From Marispirochaeta sp. (lineage in GTDB: Bacteria > Spirochaetota > Spirochaetia > JC444 > Marispirochaetaceae): a DNA stretch of 64,000 nucleotides. Shown here piece by piece: positions 1 through 10,655 of the stretch (the stretch's first letter is position 1; each line of letters starts with the position of its first letter). The stretch covers positions 128,001 through 192,000 of the forward strand of contig CAXXFF010000003.1 of the NCBI GenBank assembly GCA_963676835.2, given 5' to 3'. A program made the position numbers and the translations under genes. The notes below the pieces were generated by a model, which saw only the letters and a program-made list of their open reading frames with translations, was not told the DNA's origin and made no database searches.

Positions 1-1419
1 CAGGTCCGCCAGTCTCTTACGATTCTTCCTACCGGTGCAGGAAAATCACTCTGCTACATGCTGCCCTGCCACATAATAGACGGCTACACCCTGGTAATAT
101 TCCCGCTGAATGCCCTCATCGCCGATCAGTATAAACGTTTTACTGCCGCAGGAATTACAACTGTGGTACTCCAGGGAGGCATGGACAGACATGCAAGAAG
201 CCGTTTATTAAATCAACTCCGGGATCCTGCATCCCGGGATCATTACGGTGTTCAGGCGGTGCTGACCAACCCCGAAACCCTGCTTCAGAATGATGTAAAA
301 AGCTTTCTACTGGACTTTCCTCCCGCACATGTGGTTATTGATGAAGCACATACATTTGCCGAATGGGGTAAAACCTTCAGGCCCGCATGCCTTGAGGCAG
401 CAGACTTCCTGCAGAGTGTAGCCTGCAGACGTCTGAGTGCATTTACCGCCACAGCGTCTCCACCGCTTTTGAAAGAAATTAGCTCAATACTATTCCCGGA
501 TAGTTCCTATAATCTTTTTACTAAAATCCCTGCGAAAGACAATATTGCCTTTTTCCTGTTTCCCAGCGGCAGCCGGGATGCTGATATTCTCCATTTTGTT
601 CTCTCAACAGAAACAGGCAGACCGCTGATTATATTCTGTGCGACCAGAAGTGAAACTGAAAATACCGCAAGAATGCTGTGCAGCTATCTCGATCCAGCAC
701 TTATCCGATTTTATCATGCGGGATTAACCAGGGAGGAAAAAATAACCACAGAGGACTGGTTTATGTCCGGAGGAGAAAAAATACTTGCATCCACCTGTGC
801 TTTCGGTCTGGGAGTGGATGCAAAAGGGGTAAAAACTGTAATCCACCGGACCGCACCTGCTTCCGTGGAAGCCTATATTCAGGAAAGCGGCAGAGCCGGG
901 AGAGACGGCAGTTTATGCAGGGCAATTCTACTGATTGGAACTGAAGATATAAACCTTTCAGAAAACTCAAAGATTGAATCCCGTCGAAAGCAGCTGATTG
1001 ATGCAGTTTCGCAAAGTGACAAATGCAGAAGGGTTTCGCTTATGGAGCTCTTTTCTCCGCACATGCAGCATAAAGAGTGTGGCATTTGTGATGTCTGTTC
1101 CCAACACCGATCAGAAATTCCATTGGGAATGCCGGAACTCGTCAGGCTTACATCGCTCTTTTTCGGGATGCTGCTTCCTTCAGAAGCTGCTGAATATATG
1201 AAACAATATCGAATACTTCCCGGACCACCTGAAAAGTACGACTTCCTGTCTGTTTTCAAATTCTGGGAATATGACTGGTGCCAGGAGCTTATCAGATCAG
1301 CAATCCGCCTCGATTATGTGAAACAGAGGGCTTCCTTTGGCAGAAGCGGCAGGCGTCTTTATTGTACCGCAAAAGGTGCGAAACTGTTGAAAAGAGAGGC
1401 ACCTGAAGGCTTCAGTTGA
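1..1419 (+). CDS. recQ: RecQ-family ATP-dependent DNA helicase (5' end runs off the window)
   Basis: Frame is open from base 1 (QVRQSLTILPTGAGKSLCY, Walker A). It also has VVIDEAH (DEAH box), TATA, YIQESGRAGRDG (motif VI) and a C-terminal CRR...CGICDVC zinc site. Confidence 0.9.
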   Translation, partial: QVRQSLTILPTGAGKSLCYMLPCHIIDGYTLVIFPLNALIADQYKRFTAAGITTVVLQGGMDRHARSRLLNQLRDPASRDHYGVQAVLTNPETLLQNDVKSFLLDFPPAHVVIDEAHTFAEWGKTFRPACLEAADFLQSVACRRLSAFTATASPPLLKEISSILFPDSSYNLFTKIPAKDNIAFFLFPSGSRDADILHFVLSTETGRPLIIFCATRSETENTARMLCSYLDPALIRFYHAGLTREEKITTEDWFMSGGEKILASTCAFGLGVDAKGVKTVIHRTAPASVEAYIQESGRAGRDGSLCRAILLIGTEDINLSENSKIESRRKQLIDAVSQSDKCRRVSLMELFSPHMQHKECGICDVCSQHRSEIPLGMPELVRLTSLFFGMLLPSEAAEYMKQYRILPGPPEKYDFLSVFKFWEYDWCQELIRSAIRLDYVKQRASFGRSGRRLYCTAKGAKLLKREAPEGFS

Positions 1420-1451
1420 GAGGCCTCGCATATTCTGCTACTATCCTGGCG

Positions 1452-2213
1452 ATGAAAGTAACATTTCTCGGTACAGGAACGTCTCACGGTATTCCGGTGG
1501 TCAGCTGTAATTGCAGTGTCTGCCGTTCAAACGACCCCAGGGATCAGCGAAGCAGAGCGTCCATATACATCAGGAACAGGGAAAAATCCCTGCTCATAGA
1601 TACCAGTACCGAATTCCGTATTCAAGCTGTGCGGGAAGGAATCTCGCAATTAGATGCAATTCTTTTTACCCACGCCCATGCTGACCATCTTCACGGACTT
1701 GATGACATCAGGCCCCTTACCATAAATCATCCTGTTCAGGCCTATGCTGCTGCAGATACTGCTGCTGACATACGAAAAAGGTTCGATTATATATTTAAAG
1801 ATACACAGAAAGGCGGCGGCAAGCCGAATCTTGTGCTTAATGAGATTACAGCACTTAAGTTTACCGCAGCAGGATTTTCTGTTGTCCCGGTGCCTCTGAT
1901 GCATGGAAACCTGCATATTTACGGATACCGCATAGGGAATTTAGCCTATCTTACCGACTGTTCAGAAATACCTGAAGCATCGTTTAAACTTCTTGAAGGG
2001 CTTGAAATTCTGATCCTGGGAGCCCTGCGGTACAAACCCCACCCGACCCATTTCTGTTTTGACCAGGCCATAGCTGCTGCTGCAAGAATCGGTGCGGAAA
2101 GAACATTTTTTACCCATCTTTGTCACGATGCATCCCACCGGGAGCTGTTAAACTATCTGCCAAAAAAAATAGAGCCCGCCTATGACGGACTCTATCTTGA
2201 TGTAAGGGTATAA
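1452..2213 (+). CDS. MBL-fold metallo-hydrolase (PhnP/YycJ-like phosphodiesterase)
   Basis: MKVTFLGTGTSHGIP, CxCxxC, THAHADHLHGLDD, THLCH motifs. Confidence 0.85.
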   Translation: MKVTFLGTGTSHGIPVVSCNCSVCRSNDPRDQRSRASIYIRNREKSLLIDTSTEFRIQAVREGISQLDAILFTHAHADHLHGLDDIRPLTINHPVQAYAAADTAADIRKRFDYIFKDTQKGGGKPNLVLNEITALKFTAAGFSVVPVPLMHGNLHIYGYRIGNLAYLTDCSEIPEASFKLLEGLEILILGALRYKPHPTHFCFDQAIAAAARIGAERTFFTHLCHDASHRELLNYLPKKIEPAYDGLYLDVRV

Positions 2214-2245
2214 GAAGCAGAATATGCTTCTCCTGTTACTGACGG

Positions 2246-2434
2246 TTAAGCCTTAACGACCTTTCCGGAACGCAAGCAGCTGGTACATACACGGAGGCTT
2301 TTTTTGCTTCCTCCGACAAGGGCCTTAACCTTCACGATGTTTGGCTTCCATACACGACGAGTTTTGTTGTGTGCATGGCTCACGTTGTTGCCCGCAACAG
2401 TTCCTTTTCCGCAAATATCACATCTTCGGGCCAT
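2246..2434 (-). CDS. rpmB: 50S ribosomal protein L28
   Basis: [32 protein letters not shown]...[11 protein letters not shown], zinc-ribbon type L28. Confidence 0.95.
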   Translation of the reverse strand: MARRCDICGKGTVAGNNVSHAHNKTRRVWKPNIVKVKALVGGSKKSLRVCTSCLRSGKVVKA

Positions 2435-2503
2435 TGTCTCCACCTCTGGTAAATGAAATAATGCGTTGCAATATACAGGAATACATACTCTTTGTAAAGT
2501 CCT

Positions 2504-5500
2504 TTAACTGCATCCGGTTGTCCCTCCACAGGTTTCACATTTAAGACATGTACCGTTGCGAACCAGGGTAAAGTGGCCGCAGGAAGGACAGGGATCGCCC
2601 TCGTATCCCCGGAAACGGGCTTCTATGGCTGCGCTGCTTTCGGTTACACCGGGAGCACTATCCTCATCCTTTTCTGAAGTGTTCTTTTCTGAAGGTCCGG
2701 TCTCTGTTGAATCCAGATCCGACGGTTTGATCTGGGCAAGATCAGTGCGATGCAGATAGGTCAAGGCAAGATCACGGAAGATAAAGTCCAGTACGGAGGT
2801 GGCCATTTTGATATTATCATGGCCCTGTACCATGCCGTTTGGTTCAAAGCGGGCAAAGGTAAAGGCGTCTACAAACTCTTTCAGCGGTACACCGTACTGC
2901 AGACCAAGGGATACAGCAATGGCGAAACTGTTCAGCAGAGACCGGAAGGCTGCACCTTCCTTATGCATATCGAGGAAAATTTCCCCCAGACTTCCATCGT
3001 TATAGTTGCCTGTTCTCAGGAACAGGCTGTGGCCGCCGATTTTTGCCTTCTGGGTATATCCTGAACGCCGGTTCGGCAGCAGCTGCCGGCCCTGAACCGG
3101 AGTGGAGCTGATCACCGGTTCCACTTTCGATGGCTTATTTTTCTCCCTGCTTATTCGGAGAATAGAATCAGCAACCTTATCCGCTCCGGGGGAAAGTGAG
3201 CTGAGGGGCTGACTGAGTTTTGATCCATCCCGATACAGTGCGATAGACTTCAAGGCCTTTTGCCAGGCCATGAGATGTGCTCCCCGGACATCTTCGATAG
3301 TAGCAGTTGCGGGCATGTTGATGGTCTTACTGATGGCACCGCTTACAAACGGCTGGACTGCAGCCATCATATCGATATGCGCCTCCCATGCAATCGCCCT
3401 GCGCCCTATTTTTCCTCCCGGAGAGGCTGTATCAAATACGGCAAGGTATTCATCTTTTAAACCGGGAGCGCCTTCCAGTGTCATTGTACCGCAAGCAAAA
3501 GCTTCTGCTTCTGCAATCTGTTCAGCGTTATAACCCAAATGGGCCAGCAGATCAAACCCGGGAAGGCTGTAGGTAGCTTCCGGTATTTTAAGGGTATCAG
3601 TATAAAATTCACCCCCAAGAATATATGGCTGAAAACATCCGTTTAAAGAAACTGAGGACTTCACCGCATTGTTGATTTTCTCAAGTTCCAGGTCACTGAA
3701 TCCCTTCTCTTTCAGATCGGCGGCGCTTATCCCGGGTGCACCTTCTAAAGTCCCATGGCCTAAACAGTAGGCAATTATCTCTTTTCTCTCACCCGCACCA
3801 TACCCAAGGGCTTTAAGGGCCGGTTCAATGGAGTGGTTGATAATCTTGAAATATCCGCCACCGGCAAGTTTTTTAAACTTTACCAGAGCGAAATCAGGTT
3901 CTATCCCGGTGGTATCGCAATCCATCAGAAGCCCGATTGTTCCAGTAGGAGCAATTGCCGAAACCTGGGCATTCCGGAAACCATTATTCTCACCAAGCTC
4001 GATTGCTTTATCCCAGCAGGCAACCGCTGCTTCCTGCAGATATGCGGGACACACAGCAGCATCGATACCCATGGGGTAAACTGACAGATCTTCATATTCT
4101 TCTCTTGCTGCATTAAGCGCTGCCCTGCGGTGGTTTCTTATAACCCGGAGCATTGCATCCCTGTTTTCGGGATACTTATTAAATGTCCCGGTCTCTCCCG
4201 CAAGTTCCGCAGAGAATGCGTAGGCTTCACCGCTGAGAATAGAGGAAAGACTCCCTGCTATCGCCCTTCCTTCGGCACTGTCATAGGCTTTTCCCATAAC
4301 CATAAGCAGAGTTCCAAGATTGGCATACCCAAGCCCCAGAGTACGATAGTCATAACTGAGACGGGCAACTTTTTCTGAAGGGAACTGGGCCATATAGACA
4401 GAAATTTCAAGTATCAGTGTCCACAGTCGTATGGCATGCCTGAATTCTTCTACCTTGAAACTGCCGTTTTTGGCATTATAAAACTTCATCAGGTTAAGAC
4501 TGGCAAGGTTGCAGGCGGTGTTATCGAGAAACATATATTCACTGCAGGGGTTGGATCCGCGAATCTCTCCCCCTTCCGGACAGGTGTGCCACTCATTTAT
4601 GGTGGAATGAAACTGAAGACCCGGATCCGCACACTTCCATGCCGCCCGGGCAATTTTGTCCCACAGCTGCCGGGCATCCACAGTCTGACGGGATGACCCA
4701 TCAGTTCGGGATGTCAACTCATATTCCGTCCCATCGAGAACGGCCTGCATAAAATCCCGGGTAAGGCGGACTGAGTTGTTTGAAGCCTGTCCGCTGACGG
4801 TGGTATAGGCTTCACCCTGCCAATCAGTATCATATACTTCAAAATCCGGAAGTACTCCCTCTTCCTGGGCCATTCGTATAAGTGGATAGATAAAAGGCTG
4901 GGGTACATCGTCATCAAGAGCGTCCCGTATAGCCCCGCGCAGTTTGCTGTTTTTATCAGGATCGGTACTGAGGGTTTTATCTCCGGAAAAATCCCGTACT
5001 GCTTCGAGCAGACTGGCTGCATGACGGGAAATCCGCCGGCTTCCAGCCACAAGACAGGCTACCTTGTACTCCTCCTTCATTTTCCAGTCGATAAAACCTT
5101 CAATGTCGGGATGATCTGCATCAAGGATGACCATCTTGGCTGCCCGCCGGGTGGTTCCACCGCTTTTAATTGCCGAGGCAGACCTGTCGGCTATTTTCAG
5201 AAAGGAGAGAAGACCGGAAGAGATGCCTCCCCCGCTTAACGGCTCACCTTCTGCACGTATTCGGCTGAAGTTGGATCCTGTGCCGGAGCCGTATTTAAAG
5301 AGCCTGGCTTCTCTGGTTACAAGATCAAGAATCCCCTCATCGCTTACAAGATTATCCTGAACATCCATAATAAAACATGCATGAGGCTGTGGCCGCTGAT
5401 AGGCGCTTTCCGATTTCTTTACCGAATCGGTTTCGGGATCTACAAAATAATGTCCCTGAGGCGGCCCTTCGATACCATACGAGTCAAAAAGGCCTGTATT

Positions 5501-5881
5501 AAACCACTGCGGCGAATTGGGTGCACCCATCTGCCTGGAGAGCATATAGCGGACTTCATCATAAAAGCCCTGGGCATCTTCTTCTGTATTAAAATATCCC
5601 GCTTTCTTTCCCCAGTTTCTCCAGGCACCGGCAAGACGGTCAAACACCTGGCGGGAATCGGATTCTCCTCCGTCCGGTGATTCGGGTACACCTGCTTTAC
5701 GGAAGTATTTCTGAGCCATGATATCTGTTGCAATCTGCGACCACTCTTCCGGCACTACAACATCTTTCTGCTGAAAGATTACACTTCCGTCGGGATTCCG
5801 TATTTCAGACTCCCTGGGCACCCATTTTATACCTGCATATGGATCTTTCGTCTTCTTGGTAAACAGACGCGGTATTCTCAC
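2504..5881 (-). CDS. nrdJ: Vitamin B12-dependent (class II) ribonucleotide reductase
   Basis: APNSPQWFNTG, PQPHACFI, SNPCSEY, APTGTIG, QPFVSGAISKTIN, YRDGSK, TSCPD-like C-terminus with CxxC...CxxC. Confidence 0.93.
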   Translation of the reverse strand: MRIPRLFTKKTKDPYAGIKWVPRESEIRNPDGSVIFQQKDVVVPEEWSQIATDIMAQKYFRKAGVPESPDGGESDSRQVFDRLAGAWRNWGKKAGYFNTEEDAQGFYDEVRYMLSRQMGAPNSPQWFNTGLFDSYGIEGPPQGHYFVDPETDSVKKSESAYQRPQPHACFIMDVQDNLVSDEGILDLVTREARLFKYGSGTGSNFSRIRAEGEPLSGGGISSGLLSFLKIADRSASAIKSGGTTRRAAKMVILDADHPDIEGFIDWKMKEEYKVACLVAGSRRISRHAASLLEAVRDFSGDKTLSTDPDKNSKLRGAIRDALDDDVPQPFIYPLIRMAQEEGVLPDFEVYDTDWQGEAYTTVSGQASNNSVRLTRDFMQAVLDGTEYELTSRTDGSSRQTVDARQLWDKIARAAWKCADPGLQFHSTINEWHTCPEGGEIRGSNPCSEYMFLDNTACNLASLNLMKFYNAKNGSFKVEEFRHAIRLWTLILEISVYMAQFPSEKVARLSYDYRTLGLGYANLGTLLMVMGKAYDSAEGRAIAGSLSSILSGEAYAFSAELAGETGTFNKYPENRDAMLRVIRNHRRAALNAAREEYEDLSVYPMGIDAAVCPAYLQEAAVACWDKAIELGENNGFRNAQVSAIAPTGTIGLLMDCDTTGIEPDFALVKFKKLAGGGYFKIINHSIEPALKALGYGAGERKEIIAYCLGHGTLEGAPGISAADLKEKGFSDLELEKINNAVKSSVSLNGCFQPYILGGEFYTDTLKIPEATYSLPGFDLLAHLGYNAEQIAEAEAFACGTMTLEGAPGLKDEYLAVFDTASPGGKIGRRAIAWEAHIDMMAAVQPFVSGAISKTINMPATATIEDVRGAHLMAWQKALKSIALYRDGSKLSQPLSSLSPGADKVADSILRISREKNKPSKVEPVISSTPVQGRQLLPNRRSGYTQKAKIGGHSLFLRTGNYNDGSLGEIFLDMHKEGAAFRSLLNSFAIAVSLGLQYGVPLKEFVDAFTFARFEPNGMVQGHDNIKMATSVLDFIFRDLALTYLHRTDLAQIKPSDLDSTETGPSEKNTSEKDEDSAPGVTESSAAIEARFRGYEGDPCPSCGHFTLVRNGTCLKCETCGGTTGCS

Positions 5882-5982
5882 ATTCCCCTCCCGGATATAA
5901 TTCTATTTAGTATTAATTATCAAAAATGATTTGATATCGTCCGGTTAAGATAGAGTAAAAGCTCCCGAAAAGCAAGAGAAAA

Positions 5983-6030
5983 ACGCCACATATAGCGGAT
6001 ATTTTTCTTTCCCGCCACCATATACAGGGG
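5983..6030. promoter_or_regulatory. Tandem NrdR boxes upstream of nrdJ
   Basis: ACGCCACATATAGCGG (5983-5998) and CCACCATATACAGGGG (6015-6030) match the acaCwAtATaTwGtgt consensus and start 32 bp apart. Confidence 0.8.
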
Positions 6031-6040
6031 ATTTATTGAA

Positions 6041-7762
6041 TCAGTTAAATTTAAAAATCAGATGACTGAGATTACCGGCCCGGACACCCCAGCGATTAGT
6101 CAGATATTCATCCAGAACACCGGCTGCAGCGGTAAAATGCAGAGGATTTTCTGTAAGTAAGGCATCCACCACAGGTGCTGAGGCGGGATAAACCGAAACC
6201 ATTCTTGGAAGGGTATAATCTATATAGTAAGGATCTGCGCCGGCTACTGACTGCTGCAGCAGGTAGGCCTGAAGTTCGTTGACCACAAGATACTCGTCTT
6301 CGGGATCATACCCCTTCCAGGAAAAGAAAGTTCGCCAGAAATTCTGTTCCACCGGGCTGAAACTGTCCCAAAGCTTCTGACTCTCCTGACGTAGCCCTGC
6401 ATCAGTAAAAAACAGTCCATGGCAGCCTTCGTGGGTAAGAAATAAGTGCCGAAGATAAGGCGGAGATTCCCGTGTTATAGACAGGAAGCCCCCGCTAAGA
6501 GGAAGATATCGGTTTTCGTCTTTTGATATAACCCTGTTTTCCACCAGAATCTGTGCAAGTTTCTCTTCTTCGGGATTAAGGGCAAACCCTTCATCTATTG
6601 CGGTAGAAAAAAACCGGGCGATATCTTCAGCACGGTAGTCATGAGCATTCCAGCCATGCAATGGCTCCAGAACCTCATTCGCAAGCAGGGTTCCGCGGAC
6701 CCCCTCTTTTTCCACAAAAAAGGCCATCCTTTTAAGAAAGGCGGACTGAATTCCATAATCGGCGAAATCAAAGACAAGAATTTCAGGAGCAAGACTCCAG
6801 CGGAACAGTTCAAACTCATCCTGACGCCACAATTCCCTCGGATAAACCAGTAAAGATGAAAAATCAATATCCACTGGTCCTTTGTGATCTGCCATGGAAA
6901 GGAACTCTGCAGCGGTTATGGATGCATCATCAGCATCCAGTTCAACTTTTACGGGGACAAACCCAAGTACGCTGTAATGAAAATCATAAACCCCTGTGCC
7001 CCGGGAATGGGTAAACTCAACCCTGTTCATACGATTTTCCGTATCGTAAAACGAAAACTCCGCAGGAGCTTTTCCCGTGGATTCAAGTCTTAAGCGCAGA
7101 AACCCCTCTCTATTTGTCTCTCCCGGCAGCGAAATATTACTGAGAGCAGGAGGAGTAAAGGCCAGCTCCTTTATTTTTCCATCATACAGTACGAAGGGCT
7201 GAATATTCCCGCCTATAAGAACTTGAGAATTATCAATGGTTATTCCCGAATAGCTGTCGTCAATACCGGTCCCCTGAATATCAAGCATGCCCCCTCCGGA
7301 ACTTCCGCTTATGCGGAAACCTTCCAGGAGATCATTGGCATCAAGAGCAACCCTGAACTCAATTTCTCTACCCGACATAAAGGGCATTTCGATAGTACGG
7401 TCGATACTGTTGATTTTCAGCTCCAACTGAAGCGGTGTATCGCTGGAGTATACGATAAAAAAGGAACGCCCCCGCTCTTCAACCTTTACAACCTCGTCGA
7501 GACGATAAAAGGGGGTACTTACACCGGTCGCTGTATACTGAAGGAGACTTTCTCCTTGTTCCTGCGTGCCTTGAGGTTTTACATCAGATTCCTGGGAAAA
7601 AGACATCTTCCTGCCGGAATACTGAAGAAAGTGAAAATCAGCGACACTGTTATGTACACAGGAGGAGAAAAGCATGGTGATAATTATCAAGATGAGAAGC
7701 GGCAAAACAGAATTGCGGATACTTCCCTTACTCCTGCTGATGTCTGCCTTTCTGCTGTTCAA
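6041..7762 (-). CDS. Hypothetical exported/lipoprotein-like protein
   Basis: 573-aa ORF with a hydrophobic N-terminal stretch ending LFSSC (spirochaetal lipobox-like) and a C-terminal HEGCH (HExxH) motif. Start uncertain. Confidence 0.6.
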   Translation of the reverse strand: MNSRKADISRSKGSIRNSVLPLLILIIITMLFSSCVHNSVADFHFLQYSGRKMSFSQESDVKPQGTQEQGESLLQYTATGVSTPFYRLDEVVKVEERGRSFFIVYSSDTPLQLELKINSIDRTIEMPFMSGREIEFRVALDANDLLEGFRISGSSGGGMLDIQGTGIDDSYSGITIDNSQVLIGGNIQPFVLYDGKIKELAFTPPALSNISLPGETNREGFLRLRLESTGKAPAEFSFYDTENRMNRVEFTHSRGTGVYDFHYSVLGFVPVKVELDADDASITAAEFLSMADHKGPVDIDFSSLLVYPRELWRQDEFELFRWSLAPEILVFDFADYGIQSAFLKRMAFFVEKEGVRGTLLANEVLEPLHGWNAHDYRAEDIARFFSTAIDEGFALNPEEEKLAQILVENRVISKDENRYLPLSGGFLSITRESPPYLRHLFLTHEGCHGLFFTDAGLRQESQKLWDSFSPVEQNFWRTFFSWKGYDPEDEYLVVNELQAYLLQQSVAGADPYYIDYTLPRMVSVYPASAPVVDALLTENPLHFTAAAGVLDEYLTNRWGVRAGNLSHLIFKFN

Positions 7763-7839
7763 TCCTTTAACCGCCCTAAGTGTACATAATTTTAAACAGG
7801 TATCCTGAAAAATACAGCAACCGGTTTATTTCCGCTTTT

Positions 7840-8613
7840 TCAAGACATCATTGGTAAGATACTGCGAACCAGCAGTTCAGCCAACTCCTGCTTTCTTGAA
7901 GGAGGAAACTCATCACTTTCATGAACAATACTGTAGAATCGCCCACGAAAGTTTTCCGGAAGGTCCGGCAGATCGAGCACCCGTTTGTACAGATCACGGC
8001 CGGATGGTTCAAAACGACGGTTAAGCACAAACATTGCCGAGGATAGATGCTTCACAAATGCGGCCAGAGAAATCAGATAAAAAAGCCTGTCATCCCGTAT
8101 TACAGAAGCCTGCAGGTCAGAAAGACAATGCTCGGTTACGGCCAGACTGCTCTCTTCAAGGGCTTTCCAGAATTCAAGCGGCAGACTGGTAAGCCGTGCC
8201 CGCATGTTTTCTATCCATCCGGAGGTGGATTTTAAAACAGAGTAGTTGGCAATGCGATAGTATAGATAGGTTCCGGTCTGGCGGAAATTCCATAGCCGCT
8301 CTTCAGCATGCCCCATGTCCGCCTCAATCTGATCCATGTCCTTATATTCCACCCTGACAGGGACCGAATCGATAATAAACCTGTCTTTCGATGAGACACT
8401 GGATGATTCAAATGCGCCGGCATCGGAAAAAGTCTTCATACGTGAATTTAATTCCGGAAGGGTTCCACGGTAGAAAACATCGAAACTCATAAAAAAATAG
8501 GGATCCGTCGGGTCCATTTCGGCAAACTCTGCCAGGGTTATAGTATCTACACCCGGCCATGCCGCAAGCCTGCTGCTCAGGTCTTCTGCAATTCTTTCAA
8601 CCCGTAGTCTCAT
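7840..8613 (-). CDS. Nucleotidyltransferase-like / DUF4037-like protein
   Basis: 257-aa ORF with an N-terminal polbeta-like fold pattern and a helical C-terminus (LNRRFEPSGR). Confidence 0.5.
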   Translation of the reverse strand: MRLRVERIAEDLSSRLAAWPGVDTITLAEFAEMDPTDPYFFMSFDVFYRGTLPELNSRMKTFSDAGAFESSSVSSKDRFIIDSVPVRVEYKDMDQIEADMGHAEERLWNFRQTGTYLYYRIANYSVLKSTSGWIENMRARLTSLPLEFWKALEESSLAVTEHCLSDLQASVIRDDRLFYLISLAAFVKHLSSAMFVLNRRFEPSGRDLYKRVLDLPDLPENFRGRFYSIVHESDEFPPSRKQELAELLVRSILPMMS

Positions 8614-8741
8614 GTCGCTTTCCTTTACCTGTACTTGTCAATATCCGACAGTAGTACCGTTGTACCGTGATAGGGGCATCTCCAACAAAACAATATTTTT
8701 AGAGTGTCCGTATAGTAATAGTAGCACAACAGGCTTTACCC

Positions 8742-9347
8742 TTGAAAGATGCTGTGTCAGAATTACGGATCATGACGGAGAAATATTACCTGCTCGGCCT
8801 GACCCCGCCCCTTACGGTAACAGCGGCATTGCAGCACTATCAGGAAAAAGTTTTCAGCCTTACAGGGAATGTTTCAGCATTATGCTTTTCTCCGCTTATT
8901 CCCCTCTGTTTTTTCGAAACACCTTTATCTCCGCCGAAGAGAGACTTCCGTTTAACCGGGCCCCTCAAATTGATGCAACCTTTTGTATTAAACACCAGCC
9001 TCTTTCTGGAACTGCAGGGAGCTGCGCTCATTGATACCCTTAAAGCAGAAATTATCTCCTGCTACGGTCAAAACGGGTACAATCCATCAAAAGAGTTTTT
9101 ACCTCTTAATTCTTCGCTCTTTATTGCCCCTGATTTCCTCCTGCCAGTCAATCCAGCCATTGAGAATAGTGCTGCAGCCACGGCACTGCCCACCTTCAGT
9201 CCCGAAGATAATATCAAATCATTTTCTTCGCTTACTCTGTGTTTCTTTGAATACCGGATATTTCGGGGAAAAGATCATGGGGAAATACAGGAGTTTGGGG
9301 AAACCCTCCACTGGGAAGCCAGGATCCGTAAACCTAAAGCTTGTTGA
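8742..9347 (+). CDS. Hypothetical protein
   Basis: 201-aa ORF filling the gap before xseA. Likely start ATG 8772. No recognised motif. Confidence 0.45.
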   Translation: MKDAVSELRIMTEKYYLLGLTPPLTVTAALQHYQEKVFSLTGNVSALCFSPLIPLCFFETPLSPPKRDFRLTGPLKLMQPFVLNTSLFLELQGAALIDTLKAEIISCYGQNGYNPSKEFLPLNSSLFIAPDFLLPVNPAIENSAAATALPTFSPEDNIKSFSSLTLCFFEYRIFRGKDHGEIQEFGETLHWEARIRKPKAC

Positions 9348-9422
9348 AACTAAAGGCAGGTTCCCTCTCTTTCTGCTTTCACGGTCTTTGCTATTCCCTG
9401 CAAACGCGTTACATTGTGGCAG

Positions 9423-10655
9423 ATGAACAGTATCAAGAATGAAGTTCCGGCAGTATTCAGCGTCAGTCAGATAACAGGCCTCATTAAAGAGACCCTTGAA
9501 GGCGGTTTCGGCAATCTGAGCGTGGAAGGTGAAATATCCAATTACCGGCCCGCCTCCAGCGGTCATGTCTACTTCAGCCTGAAAGATGCTGACGCAATGA
9601 TTTCCTGTGTTCTGTTCCGCGGGAACGCTGCTAAACTCACCTTTCTTCCGGGGGACGGAAAACTGGTAAGAATCCGCGGCGATCTCTCTGTTTATCCGAA
9701 ACGGGGTAATTACCAGATTATCGTCTCTTCCATGTCACTTGCAGGTGAAGGGGCTATTCTGCAGATGCTTGAAGAACGGAAGCGCCGCTTTGCAGCCGAA
9801 GGTCTTTTTGACCAGAACCGCAAAAAACCGCTTCCTCTTAATCCTGAAAGAATCGGGGTAGTCACCTCGCCAACCGGTGCAGCTGTACGGGATATCCTGC
9901 AGGTTCTTAAGCGACGTCATTCCGGAATTTCGGTAATTATCCTTCCCGCGGCAGTTCAGGGAGAGGACGCACCGGAACAGATTGCCCGGCAGATCAAAAC
10001 TGCAAACCTGCATATGCTCTGTGACGTACTTATTATTGGTCGCGGCGGAGGATCCCTGGAAGATCTGCTGCCTTTCAGCGATGAAAAGGTTGTTCGGGCG
10101 GTGGCAGAATCGGATATCCCGCTTATATCATCGGTAGGGCATGAAATTGACTGGGCTTTAAGCGATTTTGCCGCAGATCTGCGAGCACCGACTCCATCGG
10201 CGGCTGCAGAGCTGGTAAGTGCATCCAGGGATGAGCTTGGTTCAAGAATAGAAACGTCTGTTCGCTACCTCAGTGCCGGTCTGCAGTCAAGAATCAGCGG
10301 CATCCGCAATTTGCTTGAGCGTTTCTCGCCCCGTACCATGGAGCGCACTCTCCGGCAGAAACTTCAGCCCCTGCTGCTGCGTCTGGATGACGGCAAAGAA
10401 GATCTATCAGTATCTTTAGAAAAGCGTATTCTCGCATACCGCCATAGACTGGCACTTGCAAAAGAGCGTCTGGTAACCGGCAGCCCTTTACAGATAATGT
10501 CCAAGGGTTATTCCCTGGTAAAATCCGGGGATAAAATTATCTCCGAGGCAAACCAGATAAATCCTGATTCGCTATTGGATATAAAACTCTACCGCGGAAA
10601 TATAACGGCACGGGTAGAGAGCACCCGTGAGGAGAATAACAGTGCAGAAATTTGA
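9423..10655 (+). CDS. xseA: Exodeoxyribonuclease VII large subunit
   Basis: VEGEISN, SGHVYFSLKD, VVTSPTGAAVRD, GRGGGSLEDL, VGHEID, RAPTPSAAAE. Confidence 0.95.
   Translation: MNSIKNEVPAVFSVSQITGLIKETLEGGFGNLSVEGEISNYRPASSGHVYFSLKDADAMISCVLFRGNAAKLTFLPGDGKLVRIRGDLSVYPKRGNYQIIVSSMSLAGEGAILQMLEERKRRFAAEGLFDQNRKKPLPLNPERIGVVTSPTGAAVRDILQVLKRRHSGISVIILPAAVQGEDAPEQIARQIKTANLHMLCDVLIIGRGGGSLEDLLPFSDEKVVRAVAESDIPLISSVGHEIDWALSDFAADLRAPTPSAAAELVSASRDELGSRIETSVRYLSAGLQSRISGIRNLLERFSPRTMERTLRQKLQPLLLRLDDGKEDLSVSLEKRILAYRHRLALAKERLVTGSPLQIMSKGYSLVKSGDKIISEANQINPDSLLDIKLYRGNITARVESTREENNSAEI

Noticed and set aside
2504..5881. Intein or intron in nrdJ
   Set aside because: No intein splice motifs (C...HN-C/S/T) or LAGLIDADG seen. 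The length is explained by normal insertions and the C-terminal domain.
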